Of a stretch of 64,000 nt of DNA, positions 9,139 to 19,297 are shown piece by piece. The stretch comes from an uncultured Spirochaetota bacterium (lineage in GTDB: Bacteria; Spirochaetota; Spirochaetia; SZUA-6; Fen-1364). The notes beneath the pieces are model-generated. The model was not told the DNA's origin. It did not search any database and worked only from the letters and a program-made list of their open reading frames with translations. The stretch lies in assembly GCA_963820525.1 (NCBI GenBank), contig CAWGAA010000001.1, positions 1,856,001 through 1,920,000 of the forward strand, given 5' to 3'. How positions within the stretch are numbered: the first letter of the stretch is position 1; the number at the start of each line of letters is the position of its first letter. The position numbers were made by a program, and so were the translations under genes.

Positions 9139-9954
9139 TCACATCGTCAGAAGCTTCTTCATCAGATAGTACGGGCGGGACTCGCCGCCTATCACGGCGC
9201 GATCGAACCAGGCAAAGCCGTAGCCGCGCCTGAAAAGTGTGTCGAATGTCCGGTATACGATGGGCAGAAAGTCCGGAATGCTATCCACAGCCTTGGCAAG
9301 CCCGGCTGCCGAAGAATCGGCCATGGCCACGGCGAGGGGGCCCGAGTACGCGACTGCCTTGCGGGGAATCGGCCTGCTGCCCTCCCAGTCCAGGACGTTC
9401 CGCGCTTCCACCTCATCGTCGCGAAGGTCAAGGGGCTTGAACAGGGAGTCCTCGAAATCGCACTCGCATGACACGTATGGCCAGGGCCTGCCATCGGACA
9501 TCTTCACCCCCTGCTTCCAGTAATAGCGGGTGCCGAAGCGCGTGACGTAAAGCCCGGCGCAATGGGTCAGGAGAGGGCTGGTGCCGAATTTCAGCCGCTG
9601 GGTCTTTTTCTTTTCGATATACAGCCGCGCCGCATCCATGAGGCCCGCACCGATGCCCCTGCGCCTGAAGTCCGCGTGAACCTCGATGCCCGCTAAATGG
9701 TAGAACAGGCCTCCCTCGTCTCGGTCGGGATAAACGCAGATCCAGCCGAGGATGCGCTCCGCGGAGGGGTCGGAGGCGACGATCGTTTCACCCTTTCGCT
9801 CCTTGATGTATCCGATGAGGTCCCGGGGACCCGAGGAAGGGGAGGAGCCGAGGGTGACGCCGGCCTGACCGAAAAGCTTCGAGACATCGAGGCGGCTTTC
9901 CCACAGATCTTCTCTGCGTTCGTCGATGAGGGGGATATATCGGAGATCCATCAT
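9139..9954 (-). CDS. GNAT family acyltransferase
   Basis: Acyl-CoA motif A, VHADFRRRGIGAGLM. Confidence 0.75.
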   Translation of the reverse strand: MMDLRYIPLIDERREDLWESRLDVSKLFGQAGVTLGSSPSSGPRDLIGYIKERKGETIVASDPSAERILGWICVYPDRDEGGLFYHLAGIEVHADFRRRGIGAGLMDAARLYIEKKKTQRLKFGTSPLLTHCAGLYVTRFGTRYYWKQGVKMSDGRPWPYVSCECDFEDSLFKPLDLRDDEVEARNVLDWEGSRPIPRKAVAYSGPLAVAMADSSAAGLAKAVDSIPDFLPIVYRTFDTLFRRGYGFAWFDRAVIGGESRPYYLMKKLLTM

Positions 9955-10082
9955 ACGCTCTGCGGGCGAGGGTCGTCCCTCCAGCGCGTGTTGGACGGAT
10001 GACTCCCGCCTACACTCTTTATCGGCAGGCTCACTTGATATGACGATCCGGCGCGCACTACCTTAGAGGAGAGGCATCCCCG

Positions 10083-11162
10083 ATGAAGAGAAAGGAAAGC
10101 TTGAGCGGCCGGGAGCGGGTCCGCCTGGCGCTGGAGCACCGGACCACGGACCGCATCCCCATCGCCATGGTCTGCGCCGGGATCAACCCGCCGGCCTACA
10201 GCGCCTTGCGCGAGTATCTGGCACGGGAACGCGGGATGAGCGTGGAGCAATACATCGAGCCGATCGTCGACATCGTCCAGGTGGATCCCGCCTACGTCGG
10301 ACCTCCCCTCGCCCCCGGAACCGACATCTGGGGCGTTCGACGCCGCGGGATAAGCTACGGCTCGGGAAGCTACGACGAGATCGTGCACTATCCTCTGGCC
10401 TCGGCCTTGAGCCTCGACGACCTCTCGGCGCACCGCTGGCCGGACCCCGACTGGTTCGACTACGGCGTTCTTCCCGGCCGCATCGAAGCCGCACGCGCCT
10501 CCTCGGACAAGTGCGTCATGGTCTGGAACGGCAACATCTTCGAGACCTCCTGGTACATGCGCGGCTTCGAGCAGATGCTCGTGGACGTCATGGTAGACGA
10601 GGATCTCGTCAACGGCATCATGTCCCGTGTCAGGGACTTCTACGTCGCCTACTTCACCCGCGTATTGGAGGAGGCCCGCGGGGGCGTGGACCTCATCTTC
10701 ACGGCGGACGACATCGGGGACCAGCGGGGCCTCCTCATGCCCCTCGCCAAGTGGGAGGCGCTCATCAAGCCCTATCACAGGCGGCTCAATGCGGCGATCC
10801 ATGGCTTCGGCGCCAAGGTGATCTACCACACGGACGGCTCGGTGATGGCGGCGGTCGACGGCCTCATCGACATGGGAATCGACGTGCTCCAGGCGCTTCA
10901 GTTCAGCGCCGAGGGCATGGACCCCCTGCGCCTGAAGCAGGATTTCGGCGAGCGGCTCTGTTTCGAAGGCGGGGTGAGCGTGCAGACCACCCTCCCCTTC
11001 GGAAAGCCCGAAGACGTTCGCAGGGAGGTCGAGGAGCGCATTCTCGTTCTGGGCAGGAACGGAGGCTACATCCTGGGGCCTTCCCACTACATTCAGGCGG
11101 GCACGCCGCCGGAGAACATCGTCGCGATGTTCGACACGGCATTGGAATACTACCCATATTAA
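10083..11162 (+). CDS. Uroporphyrinogen decarboxylase/MtaA-like family protein
   Basis: DRIP, MRGFEQML, ADDIG, YHTDG, GGYILGPSH and PPENI. Confidence 0.85.
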   Translation: MKRKESLSGRERVRLALEHRTTDRIPIAMVCAGINPPAYSALREYLARERGMSVEQYIEPIVDIVQVDPAYVGPPLAPGTDIWGVRRRGISYGSGSYDEIVHYPLASALSLDDLSAHRWPDPDWFDYGVLPGRIEAARASSDKCVMVWNGNIFETSWYMRGFEQMLVDVMVDEDLVNGIMSRVRDFYVAYFTRVLEEARGGVDLIFTADDIGDQRGLLMPLAKWEALIKPYHRRLNAAIHGFGAKVIYHTDGSVMAAVDGLIDMGIDVLQALQFSAEGMDPLRLKQDFGERLCFEGGVSVQTTLPFGKPEDVRREVEERILVLGRNGGYILGPSHYIQAGTPPENIVAMFDTALEYYPY

Positions 11163-11172
11163 GGAGGAAAGC

Positions 11173-12165
11173 ATGCGCGCGGCGGTGCTCGATTCACCCC
11201 GGCATCCACTCGCCGTGAGGGATGTCCCCGAGCCTGAACCCGCACGGGGCCAGCTCCTGGTGCGGGTGAGCGCCTGCGGGGTCTGCCGGACAGACCTTCA
11301 CGTGGTGGATGGGGAGCTCGCCGGGCCGAAGCTGCCCCTGATTCCCGGCCACCAGATCGTGGGGGTGGTCGAGGGCGTGGGAGAAGGGGTGGAGGGCTTC
11401 TCCATCGGGGACCGGGTCGGCATCCCCTGGCTCGGGTGGACATGCGGGGAATGCGCCTTCTGCGCGAGCGGCAGGGAGAATCTCTGCCGGCGGGCCCGCT
11501 TCACCGGCTACACCATAGACGGCGGATTCGCCGAGCGCGCCGCCGCGGATGCCCGCTTCTGCTTTCCCATCCCAAGCGTTTATCCGGACCTCCAGGCGGC
11601 ACCGCTTCTCTGCGCGGGGCTTATCGGCTACAGGGCATTGAGAATGGCCGGGGACGCCAAAAGGCTCGGGCTGTACGGCTTTGGAGCAGCCGCGCACATC
11701 GTCATCCAGGTTGCGCGTCACCAGGGCCGGAGGGTTTTCGCCTTCACCCGCGCAGGGGACGCAGCCGCCCAGGAGTTCGCGCGCTCACTGGGCGCCGAAT
11801 GGGCGGGGGACTCCCTCCAGCAGCCCCCCGAGGAGATGGATGCGGCCCTGATCTTCGCTCCAGATGGAAGCCTCCTCCCCCGGGCGCTTCGAAGCGTCGG
11901 CCCGGGAGGCACGGTGGTCTGCGCGGGAATTCATATGTCGGACATCCCCGCTTTCCCCTACCGGATCCTCTGGGAAGAGCGGGTGGTACGCTCGGTGGCA
12001 AACCTGACGCGCCGGGACGCCGAGGAGTTTCTCGCGCTTGCCCCCCGGATCCCCATATCGACCGAGGTCCATCTCTTCCCCCTGCCGCGCGTCAACGATG
12101 CCCTGGAGGCCCTGCGCCGGGGGAGTATCACCGGCGCCGCGGTCATCACGATGGGGCAGGCGTGA
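11173..12165 (+). CDS. Zinc-dependent alcohol dehydrogenase family protein
   Basis: CGVCRTDLH, GHQIVG, CGECAFC..C and APLLCAG. Confidence 0.93.
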   Translation: MRAAVLDSPRHPLAVRDVPEPEPARGQLLVRVSACGVCRTDLHVVDGELAGPKLPLIPGHQIVGVVEGVGEGVEGFSIGDRVGIPWLGWTCGECAFCASGRENLCRRARFTGYTIDGGFAERAAADARFCFPIPSVYPDLQAAPLLCAGLIGYRALRMAGDAKRLGLYGFGAAAHIVIQVARHQGRRVFAFTRAGDAAAQEFARSLGAEWAGDSLQQPPEEMDAALIFAPDGSLLPRALRSVGPGGTVVCAGIHMSDIPAFPYRILWEERVVRSVANLTRRDAEEFLALAPRIPISTEVHLFPLPRVNDALEALRRGSITGAAVITMGQA

Positions 12166-12216
12166 ATCGGTTTTTTTGATTTTAGCCAATCAGGTAATTA
12201 TACTCCTTGATGAGAG

Positions 12217-14802
12217 ATGAATATGGAAAAGATTCGTGTTGCCAACGGCATCACCTGGGTGGCGATACCGGAGGCGGACCTTTTCGTGCTCTGCGGCTGC
12301 CCCGCGGACAGCGTCAAACACCTCATGAAGCGGGGCCTGATCGTGGAGAAGGAAAAGGACGGCGTCACCTTCGAGACCGGCCCCAACGCCATTCTCCTGT
12401 CGGAGACGGCCTCCCAGAAGGGAGTCTTTTCCAACCTGGGAGAGTTCCCCGTGCTGCAGATGCTCTACCGCCAGGGGATGATCCTTCCCAACCATCCCAA
12501 CAACACGGGCCGAAAGCCCATGCTCATCGGCCTGGAGGACCAGGTCCTGTCCCAGAGCCTCTACATCTACCGCGGCACCTACGGCCTCACCTCCGAGGAG
12601 GAGATGATGGCCGCGGGCGCCTCGCAAAAAGACAGCCGGGAAATGATGCGGGTGAAAAAGTGGTTCGCGTTCGACGACATCAGGGCCACCGAGGATCTGC
12701 TGGACCTGCGGGTGGTGGACAAACCCGCCGTCGAGCTGCGTGACGGGGTATTCATCCGCCGGCGCGGGTTCAACCAGTACGAGTTCCTCCATGCGGGACA
12801 CTCGGTCCGCGTGGACCTGAACCTTGCCGATGACGAGGAATACGGGCCCAGCTACACCCTCGGCTTCCACCGCATCCACCGGGAGTACTTTTCCATTGTG
12901 CATATCGGGGAGGGCGATGGGTGGAATCCCGACCAGCCCTGCATGGGGAGCATGATCGTGTTCCAGGGCAGGATCTTCCTCGTGGACGCGGGGCCCAACA
13001 TCACCCATGCCCTCACGGCCTTGGGCATCGGCATCAACGAGATCGAGGGCGTATTCCAGACCCACGGCCACGACGATCACTTCGCCGGGCTCACTTCCCT
13101 GATCAGGTCCGACCACCGGATACAGTACTATGCCACTGCGCTGGTCCGCTCCAGCGTCGTGAAGAAGTACATGGCCCTCACCGGCGGCGACGAGTCCGAC
13201 TTCTCCCGCTACTTCGAGGTGCACGATCTTGCATTCGACACATGGAACTCCATCGAAGGCCTCGAGGTGATGCCGCAGTACTCCCTTCACCCGGTGGAGA
13301 CGAGCGTGCTGTTCTTCCGCGCCCTGTGGGAAGGCGGGTACAAAACGTACGCGCACCTCGCCGACATCGTCTCCTCCGAGACCCTCAAACGCATGCTCAC
13401 CGATGATCCCAAGAAGAGCGGGATCGGGCGGCGTCTCGCCGAAGCCTACCAGGCCGCCCTCACCCGCCCCGTAGATCTCAAGAAGATCGACGTCGGCGGC
13501 GGCACCATCCACGGAAGCGCCCGCGATTTCAACGGGGACGAATCGCACAGGATCATCCTGAGCCATCTCTCCCGGCCGCTGAGCGAGGCCGAAAAGGAGA
13601 TCGGCTCCAACGCCTCCTTCGGCCACGACGACGTCCTCATCCCCGCACAATCGGACTACCGCATGCACGCGGCGCGCCGGCCTCTGCGCGTGTATTTCCC
13701 GGGGGTCCCGGAGTTCGACATTTCCATGCTGGCCAACTGCCCGCGCGTGGAGGCGAACCCGGGGAGCATCATCCTGCGCTCGGGTGAGGAAGGCAGGGAC
13801 TTCCTGCTCATCCTGAGCGGAGTCGTGGAATACATCGACTCGAAGGCGGGCCTGCGCAACCAGCTCTCCGCGGGGGCCCTGATGGGAGAAATGGCGGGTG
13901 CGTCGGAAAAGAAACCGGGAGGCACTTTCCGCGCCGCGAGCCACGTCACGGTGCTCCGCATCCCGCGGGAGATGTATGACGACGTTGTTCGACGCAACGC
14001 CCTGGATGAAACCATCCGCCAGGTGAACGAGAACAGGCGCATCCTGCAGAACTCCTGGCTTTTCGGCGAGATGGTCTCGTTCCCCGTTCAGCTCGGGATC
14101 GCCAAGCTCATGGAACGCGTCACCGCAAAGGAGGGGGAAGCGATCTGGGCGGGCGAGAAAGCGGAGCTTTATCTTCTGGCGGAGGGGCTCGTGACGATTT
14201 TTTCAGGGAGCAAGCCCATTGAAAACGTGATGAAGGGGGGATTTTTCGGGGAAGAAGCGGTGCTCCGGCGCTCCTCCGGGCTGTTCGAGGCGCGCGTGAC
14301 ATACAACGCCGTGCTCTTCACCATCCCCGGCGATGCCCTTCAGAACATACCCATCGTTCACTGGAAGCTCGCCGAGACCTTCGAGCGGCGCCTGAAGAGC
14401 TTCCGCACCGAGTTCGCCTTCGAATGGCGGGAAGCATACCGCGTCGGGATACCGGGAATTGATGAGCAGCACCAGAAGCTCTTCTCCCTGATCGCCTCAT
14501 TGTCGCAGTCCCTGGAAGCCTCCCCGGAGAACGGGGCGCTCGAAACCCGCACGGGGGAGCTGATAGAAGCGGTGGGCGCCCACCTCGGCTACGAGCAGAC
14601 CCTCATCCGGGAGCGCAATCCCGCGGAGTACGAGACGCAGCGCAGGGGGCACGAGGCCTTCCTGTCCCAGCTCGAGGTGATCCGCAAACGAATCCCGCAG
14701 ACTCCGGAGATCGCGATCCGGGAGGTGGTCGATACGCTCAAGGATTGGATCATCGATCATACCCTTCTGGAAGACTTGAAGTACCGTCACCTGCTGAGGT
14801 GA
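12217..14802 (+). CDS. Metallo-beta-lactamase-fold / 2x cyclic-nucleotide-binding / hemerythrin multidomain protein
   Basis: THGHDDH (HxHxDH) at about 13060; two cNMP-like domains (LILSGVVE..GALMGE; LLAEGLV..GGFFGE); C-terminal W...Y.VG...IDEQH...HTLLED hemerythrin pattern. Confidence 0.85.
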   Translation: MNMEKIRVANGITWVAIPEADLFVLCGCPADSVKHLMKRGLIVEKEKDGVTFETGPNAILLSETASQKGVFSNLGEFPVLQMLYRQGMILPNHPNNTGRKPMLIGLEDQVLSQSLYIYRGTYGLTSEEEMMAAGASQKDSREMMRVKKWFAFDDIRATEDLLDLRVVDKPAVELRDGVFIRRRGFNQYEFLHAGHSVRVDLNLADDEEYGPSYTLGFHRIHREYFSIVHIGEGDGWNPDQPCMGSMIVFQGRIFLVDAGPNITHALTALGIGINEIEGVFQTHGHDDHFAGLTSLIRSDHRIQYYATALVRSSVVKKYMALTGGDESDFSRYFEVHDLAFDTWNSIEGLEVMPQYSLHPVETSVLFFRALWEGGYKTYAHLADIVSSETLKRMLTDDPKKSGIGRRLAEAYQAALTRPVDLKKIDVGGGTIHGSARDFNGDESHRIILSHLSRPLSEAEKEIGSNASFGHDDVLIPAQSDYRMHAARRPLRVYFPGVPEFDISMLANCPRVEANPGSIILRSGEEGRDFLLILSGVVEYIDSKAGLRNQLSAGALMGEMAGASEKKPGGTFRAASHVTVLRIPREMYDDVVRRNALDETIRQVNENRRILQNSWLFGEMVSFPVQLGIAKLMERVTAKEGEAIWAGEKAELYLLAEGLVTIFSGSKPIENVMKGGFFGEEAVLRRSSGLFEARVTYNAVLFTIPGDALQNIPIVHWKLAETFERRLKSFRTEFAFEWREAYRVGIPGIDEQHQKLFSLIASLSQSLEASPENGALETRTGELIEAVGAHLGYEQTLIRERNPAEYETQRRGHEAFLSQLEVIRKRIPQTPEIAIREVVDTLKDWIIDHTLLEDLKYRHLLR

Positions 14803-15091
14803 GGCTTCAGGAGACTCCACTGAAAGAACCCAACATTTGTTAGGTGATACGAGGCATTGACTCACGTGAAGAGATTCTGAGACTGCGACAAGAGCTTGAC
14901 AACATACTGCGCTTCGCCCATGCTATCCTAAAATTCCGTGATTTGACGCAATATCGGAAAAATGGGAATTCCGAAAAAATGGTGTATCATTATCCTAGAA
15001 TGTTTCCCGAGGTAAAAAGACCCTCGCTCGCCTTTTCTGATCTCACGCATCCTCGTCAAACTCTCCGACTCGATTCTCGAGGAGGTCTCCC

Positions 15092-15517
15092 ATGAATCGG
15101 CTCCTTTCTATATCTGTCGCCATTTTCATCGCGCTCATGGGGGTTACCGTGCCAGCTAGCGCGCAGGAAACCCAGGCCGCGCCGTGGCTGGCTGCGTACA
15201 GTTTTGTCGTACCGGCCAATCCCCTGGGCGAGAACGCCAAGGCAGGCCTCGCAGCGTTCACCCTCACAAACAACATGACGAGCGATGCCCGCGACGTGGT
15301 TATAGAAGTTCTGCCGGGCACCCGTGTCGGTTTCGGCCCTTTTAACCGGGAGCAGGCCGGAAACATCGGCCACGGCTCCTACGCCGTTCTCCACGTCCAG
15401 CTCATGCTGGCCTCCGATGCGAAGGGCTTCCCGCTGAAAATCACCTGGAAGGATGCCGACGGCTCCCCGCGGGCTGCCACTATCGACGCCATCGACATCG
15501 AGGAGGCCCGGAAATGA
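15092..15517 (+). CDS. Small exported protein, possibly Ig-like
   Basis: Signal peptide ending ASA; AGGAGG RBS; ATGA overlap with the next gene. Confidence 0.75.
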   Translation: MNRLLSISVAIFIALMGVTVPASAQETQAAPWLAAYSFVVPANPLGENAKAGLAAFTLTNNMTSDARDVVIEVLPGTRVGFGPFNREQAGNIGHGSYAVLHVQLMLASDAKGFPLKITWKDADGSPRAATIDAIDIEEARK

Positions 15518-18500
15518 ACGCGAGAAGAATCGTCATCTCCATGCTCCTGGCCGTCACACTGTCGACGGCCGCCCATGCCCAGGGCGTAGAGCTCAATCCG
15601 GCATACATTACGGGAACGGTCAGCCTGACGAATGCCGTCTATGCGGACAAGGTGTACCTGGCCTACGTGTACGCGTACGCAGACGGTGGCTTTTCGGCCA
15701 ACACTACCGTTGCCGCGGATGGCACATATACGCTCACCGTCAACGCGCCAGCGGATGGAACCGAACGAGCATACACGGTCTATGCCCGGTTCTATCTCAA
15801 GAACGGGATCGAATTCTCAACAGCCGAGCAGAGCGTCGTCGTGACCAAGGATGCCACGGAGCACGCAGATTTTTCAGCCGCCCTTGGCACTCTCACGCTG
15901 AATCTGTCGGCCACGAACGGCAATATCTCTTCTCTCAATTTTCTTATATTCAATAGCTCCGGCTATCCATATCTCTATGCAAGTCTCTATGTAAATCTCT
16001 CACCCCCCGTTTCATCCACCCAATATTCCGTCGATTTTCCCGCTGGAATAGAAGCATACTATGTTTGGGCCTATGTGTACCCGGCGGACAGCGCTTACAC
16101 GCAAGTATTGCTTGAAACACAAGACTTCATTGTGAACCCTGGAGAAACGGTAGAGCAGACCTATTCGGCAACTTTTCCGGAAGCTCCGAAAAAAGCGACC
16201 CTCCAGGGGACGATCACGCTTGATGGAATACCGGGCTCCCTGGAATTCGATCATCACTGGATGTTCTATCCCTACATCTATCTCTATACCAACGGCGGGA
16301 GCTACACGACGGATGATGCAACACCCGGAACCCAGACCATGTACCTCTATACGTATTTCAAAAACAACACGTACATGGCCTGGCCGTACAAATCCATCGT
16401 GCCCGACTCCGATTATGCGAGAATCACGATACTCCCAGGTCAGGTCAACACATTCAGCCCGCGAACATCCCTTGCCGGAGTATTGAGCGGGAGTCTCAAG
16501 TTTACCGGAGTCGCCAGCCTGGCCGACGTACCGGAATACTATCGCGGCATCAGTCTTATCGGCAAGAGCTCAAGCGACGCGTACGGCGGCTATACATGGC
16601 AGTCCTACCTGAATCCCAATACGGGAGATTTCTCGCTGCCTGCCACGGCGGGCACGTGGACGTATGACGGGCTCAGCTACTTTGCATTCCAGAAAAACCT
16701 CACGGATCCCGACAATTACGTCAACTGCAGCATCTACGGCATTTCCGATATCCGCGGCACAGCGGACTATACCATTTCTCAAGGACAATCCATACAAGGC
16801 ATTTCGATCGAGATCCCCACGGGCTCCGTGAAAATCAAGTTCTCGGTCACCGACGGGAGCCTGGTTGCCAGCCCTGGGCTTTCATTCTCATTCAATCAGG
16901 TCGATGCATCCGGACAAACGATGTTCTACGGAAGCGGATCCGCGAGCGGCCCCAGCCAGGCTCTCATTGAAAACCAATCCACCATCGTCGGACCCCCCGG
17001 CACATACACGGTAAATGCATCGGCCCTGGTCAACGGCTCCTGGGTCACCTTCAATCCGCAGCAGGTAATCGTGATCGAGGGCGTCGAACAGGTCCTGGAG
17101 ATCAACGGTCCGTCCCTGAGCGTCTCTTCGCCGCAAGCCGAGCTCTACACCTATGACGATCAGGTCACAGTTTCAGGTATTGCGGATGACGATACGCTGG
17201 TGGCGTCGGTTACCGTAAACGACGCCGTGCAGACATTGACGAGCACGAATAACCCCGAAAGGCCCAAGGAAGTGAGCTTCTCCACTCCCTTCACCCTCGC
17301 CAATGGACCGAACAAGATCGTGGTCAAGGCCGTCGACTCGGCCGGGAAGATCGCCCAGGATACGCGGTTCGTCTACAAGGATCGGGGAGCGCCAACACTC
17401 AGCTTCAAGCCCGTCACCTCTACAACGAACGCCACCACGATAACCGTCGAAGGCACGACAAGCGACGACAATGCTATCACAAAGGTCTTCGTGAATGGTC
17501 TCGCGGTCCCCTTCTCGTGGAGCGGAAACGCGAATGATCCGAATGAGGTCTCCTTCACAACAGAGCTTTCACTCAAAGACGGCCCGAATACCATCAGCGT
17601 AATAGTAGAAGACAACTGCAAACGCACGACATCGGAAGCCCATATCGTTACGAGAGCGGAAAAAGACGAGACGCCGCCGGTCTTCCCGGCGTTGGCGGAC
17701 GTTGTCCTGGAGCAGGCGGGGCCGGAGGGCACAGCCTATGTTCTGCCCGTGCCGAATGTCACCGATGACCAGGATCCCGCCCCAACTGTTGCAAGCAACG
17801 CCCCGGCGGTGTTCCCGGCCGGTCTGACCACCGTGACCTGGACCGCGACGGACGCCTCCGGCAACAGCTCCACCGCCGCTCAGAAAGTGACCGTTGCCGA
17901 CACGACCCCTCCCAGCATCACCGCACCGGCGGATGTCGTCCTGGAATACACCGGCGGGCCCGCCTCGGGAGCGAGCATTGGATATCCGGTCGTGCACGAT
18001 GCGGTGGACCCTTCACCCAATGTCACGGCTGATCTTCCCTCTGTATTTCCGCTGGGGGTGACGAGCGTCACCTGGACGGCTACGGATCATTCCGGCAATT
18101 CAGCTTCCGCCGTTCAGAAGGTGACGGCTGTCGACACCACCCCTCCTGCGACAACCCTTTCCCTTGGAGATCCCAAGGTGGTGAAAAACGGGATACAGTA
18201 CATCTCAGACAAGACGCCCATCACCTTGAGCGCCGTCGATATCGGCTCAGGTGTGGCCGCAATCTACTACAACCTCGGGGCTGGACCCTCCCTCTACAGT
18301 GGGCCCATCACGATTGCAGCCGCCGGCGCCTGCAACCTCCGCTACTATGCCGTTGACGCCGCCGGCAATCGCGAGCCGGAAAAATCGGTTTCGGTGACGG
18401 TGGACAACAAGGGCCCGGAAATAACCGTGGAGGGCGTTGCGGCGGGAATGGTCTACAAGAACGCGGTGACCCCCGTCATCAAGGTTGTCGACCCCATCCT

Positions 18501-19245
18501 TGATTCCTCCTCTGTGACCTTGAACGGAGCAGCCTACACGCAAGGAACGCCCATTGAACAGAACGGCCAGTATACCCTTGCGGTGGCGGCAATCGATCTT
18601 CTGGGCAACACGAGCTCGTATGCCGTATCCTTTGCCATCGCCAAGAGCTCCGTGGAGATGCCGGGGTATTATTTCCTGGAGAATGACAAGGTCAAGATCT
18701 ACTGGCAGGGTGCCGCAGGGGCGGTCGGGTACAACATCTACCTGAACGGAAAGAAAGTAAACAAAGGGTTCCACATGAAGTGGCCGCGCTTGGACCGTGA
18801 AGATCACCTGGTGAAGGACACTTCCTATATCCTGCACGGGATCCACGGCCGGAACGTAATCGCGGTGAAAGCGGTGGGCAAGCGCGGAATGGAGATTGCC
18901 ACCGCCGCCCAGTTCTCTATAGACCAGGCTCAATCCCTTTTCTTGAGCGCGCCGCAATTCAGCCAATGGCATTCGCCAAAGGGAAGCAGCCTGGTGGTTC
19001 ATGGAAGCAACCCGTTCCACCGCGACGTCAAAGCCTATTACGCGGTAATCGATGAACATGGGTATCGGACTGCCTGGATATCTTTGGGCCCCGTGACCCA
19101 GGAGAGCAGGAACCGCTTCTCCTTCAGCGTCCCGGTCACCGATCAGATCCGCGGAAAGCAGCTCGCCCTCAGGGTGACCGGATGGGACGCCAGACAGGGG
19201 AGAGAAGAAGAGACGGGGATGACTATCCGGATCGCGAAAAAGTAG
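15514..19245 (+). CDS. Large exported multi-Ig/HYR-domain protein (1243 aa)
   Basis: Signal peptide ending AHA; two HYR-like units (FPxGxTxVTWTATD.SGN), two GPN.I.V Ig units and DTTPP linkers. Confidence 0.85.
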   Translation: MNARRIVISMLLAVTLSTAAHAQGVELNPAYITGTVSLTNAVYADKVYLAYVYAYADGGFSANTTVAADGTYTLTVNAPADGTERAYTVYARFYLKNGIEFSTAEQSVVVTKDATEHADFSAALGTLTLNLSATNGNISSLNFLIFNSSGYPYLYASLYVNLSPPVSSTQYSVDFPAGIEAYYVWAYVYPADSAYTQVLLETQDFIVNPGETVEQTYSATFPEAPKKATLQGTITLDGIPGSLEFDHHWMFYPYIYLYTNGGSYTTDDATPGTQTMYLYTYFKNNTYMAWPYKSIVPDSDYARITILPGQVNTFSPRTSLAGVLSGSLKFTGVASLADVPEYYRGISLIGKSSSDAYGGYTWQSYLNPNTGDFSLPATAGTWTYDGLSYFAFQKNLTDPDNYVNCSIYGISDIRGTADYTISQGQSIQGISIEIPTGSVKIKFSVTDGSLVASPGLSFSFNQVDASGQTMFYGSGSASGPSQALIENQSTIVGPPGTYTVNASALVNGSWVTFNPQQVIVIEGVEQVLEINGPSLSVSSPQAELYTYDDQVTVSGIADDDTLVASVTVNDAVQTLTSTNNPERPKEVSFSTPFTLANGPNKIVVKAVDSAGKIAQDTRFVYKDRGAPTLSFKPVTSTTNATTITVEGTTSDDNAITKVFVNGLAVPFSWSGNANDPNEVSFTTELSLKDGPNTISVIVEDNCKRTTSEAHIVTRAEKDETPPVFPALADVVLEQAGPEGTAYVLPVPNVTDDQDPAPTVASNAPAVFPAGLTTVTWTATDASGNSSTAAQKVTVADTTPPSITAPADVVLEYTGGPASGASIGYPVVHDAVDPSPNVTADLPSVFPLGVTSVTWTATDHSGNSASAVQKVTAVDTTPPATTLSLGDPKVVKNGIQYISDKTPITLSAVDIGSGVAAIYYNLGAGPSLYSGPITIAAAGACNLRYYAVDAAGNREPEKSVSVTVDNKGPEITVEGVAAGMVYKNAVTPVIKVVDPILDSSSVTLNGAAYTQGTPIEQNGQYTLAVAAIDLLGNTSSYAVSFAIAKSSVEMPGYYFLENDKVKIYWQGAAGAVGYNIYLNGKKVNKGFHMKWPRLDREDHLVKDTSYILHGIHGRNVIAVKAVGKRGMEIATAAQFSIDQAQSLFLSAPQFSQWHSPKGSSLVVHGSNPFHRDVKAYYAVIDEHGYRTAWISLGPVTQESRNRFSFSVPVTDQIRGKQLALRVTGWDARQGREEETGMTIRIAKK

Positions 19246-19262
19246 CCTTCGCTTCGCGCATT

Positions 19263-19297
19263 GTCCCCGTCCGGCCTGGTGCCGGCCGGGGCCTTTT
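19263..19297 (+). terminator. Probable terminator after the HYR protein
   Basis: Imperfect GC hairpin (ccggc-ctggt-gccgg core) followed by TTTT, between convergent genes. Confidence 0.45.

Noticed and set aside
14803..15091. Riboswitch or 83-aa ORF upstream of the exported-protein operon
   Set aside because: I recognise no aptamer consensus, and the ORF has atypical composition. It is probably a promoter region (TTGACA at 14896).
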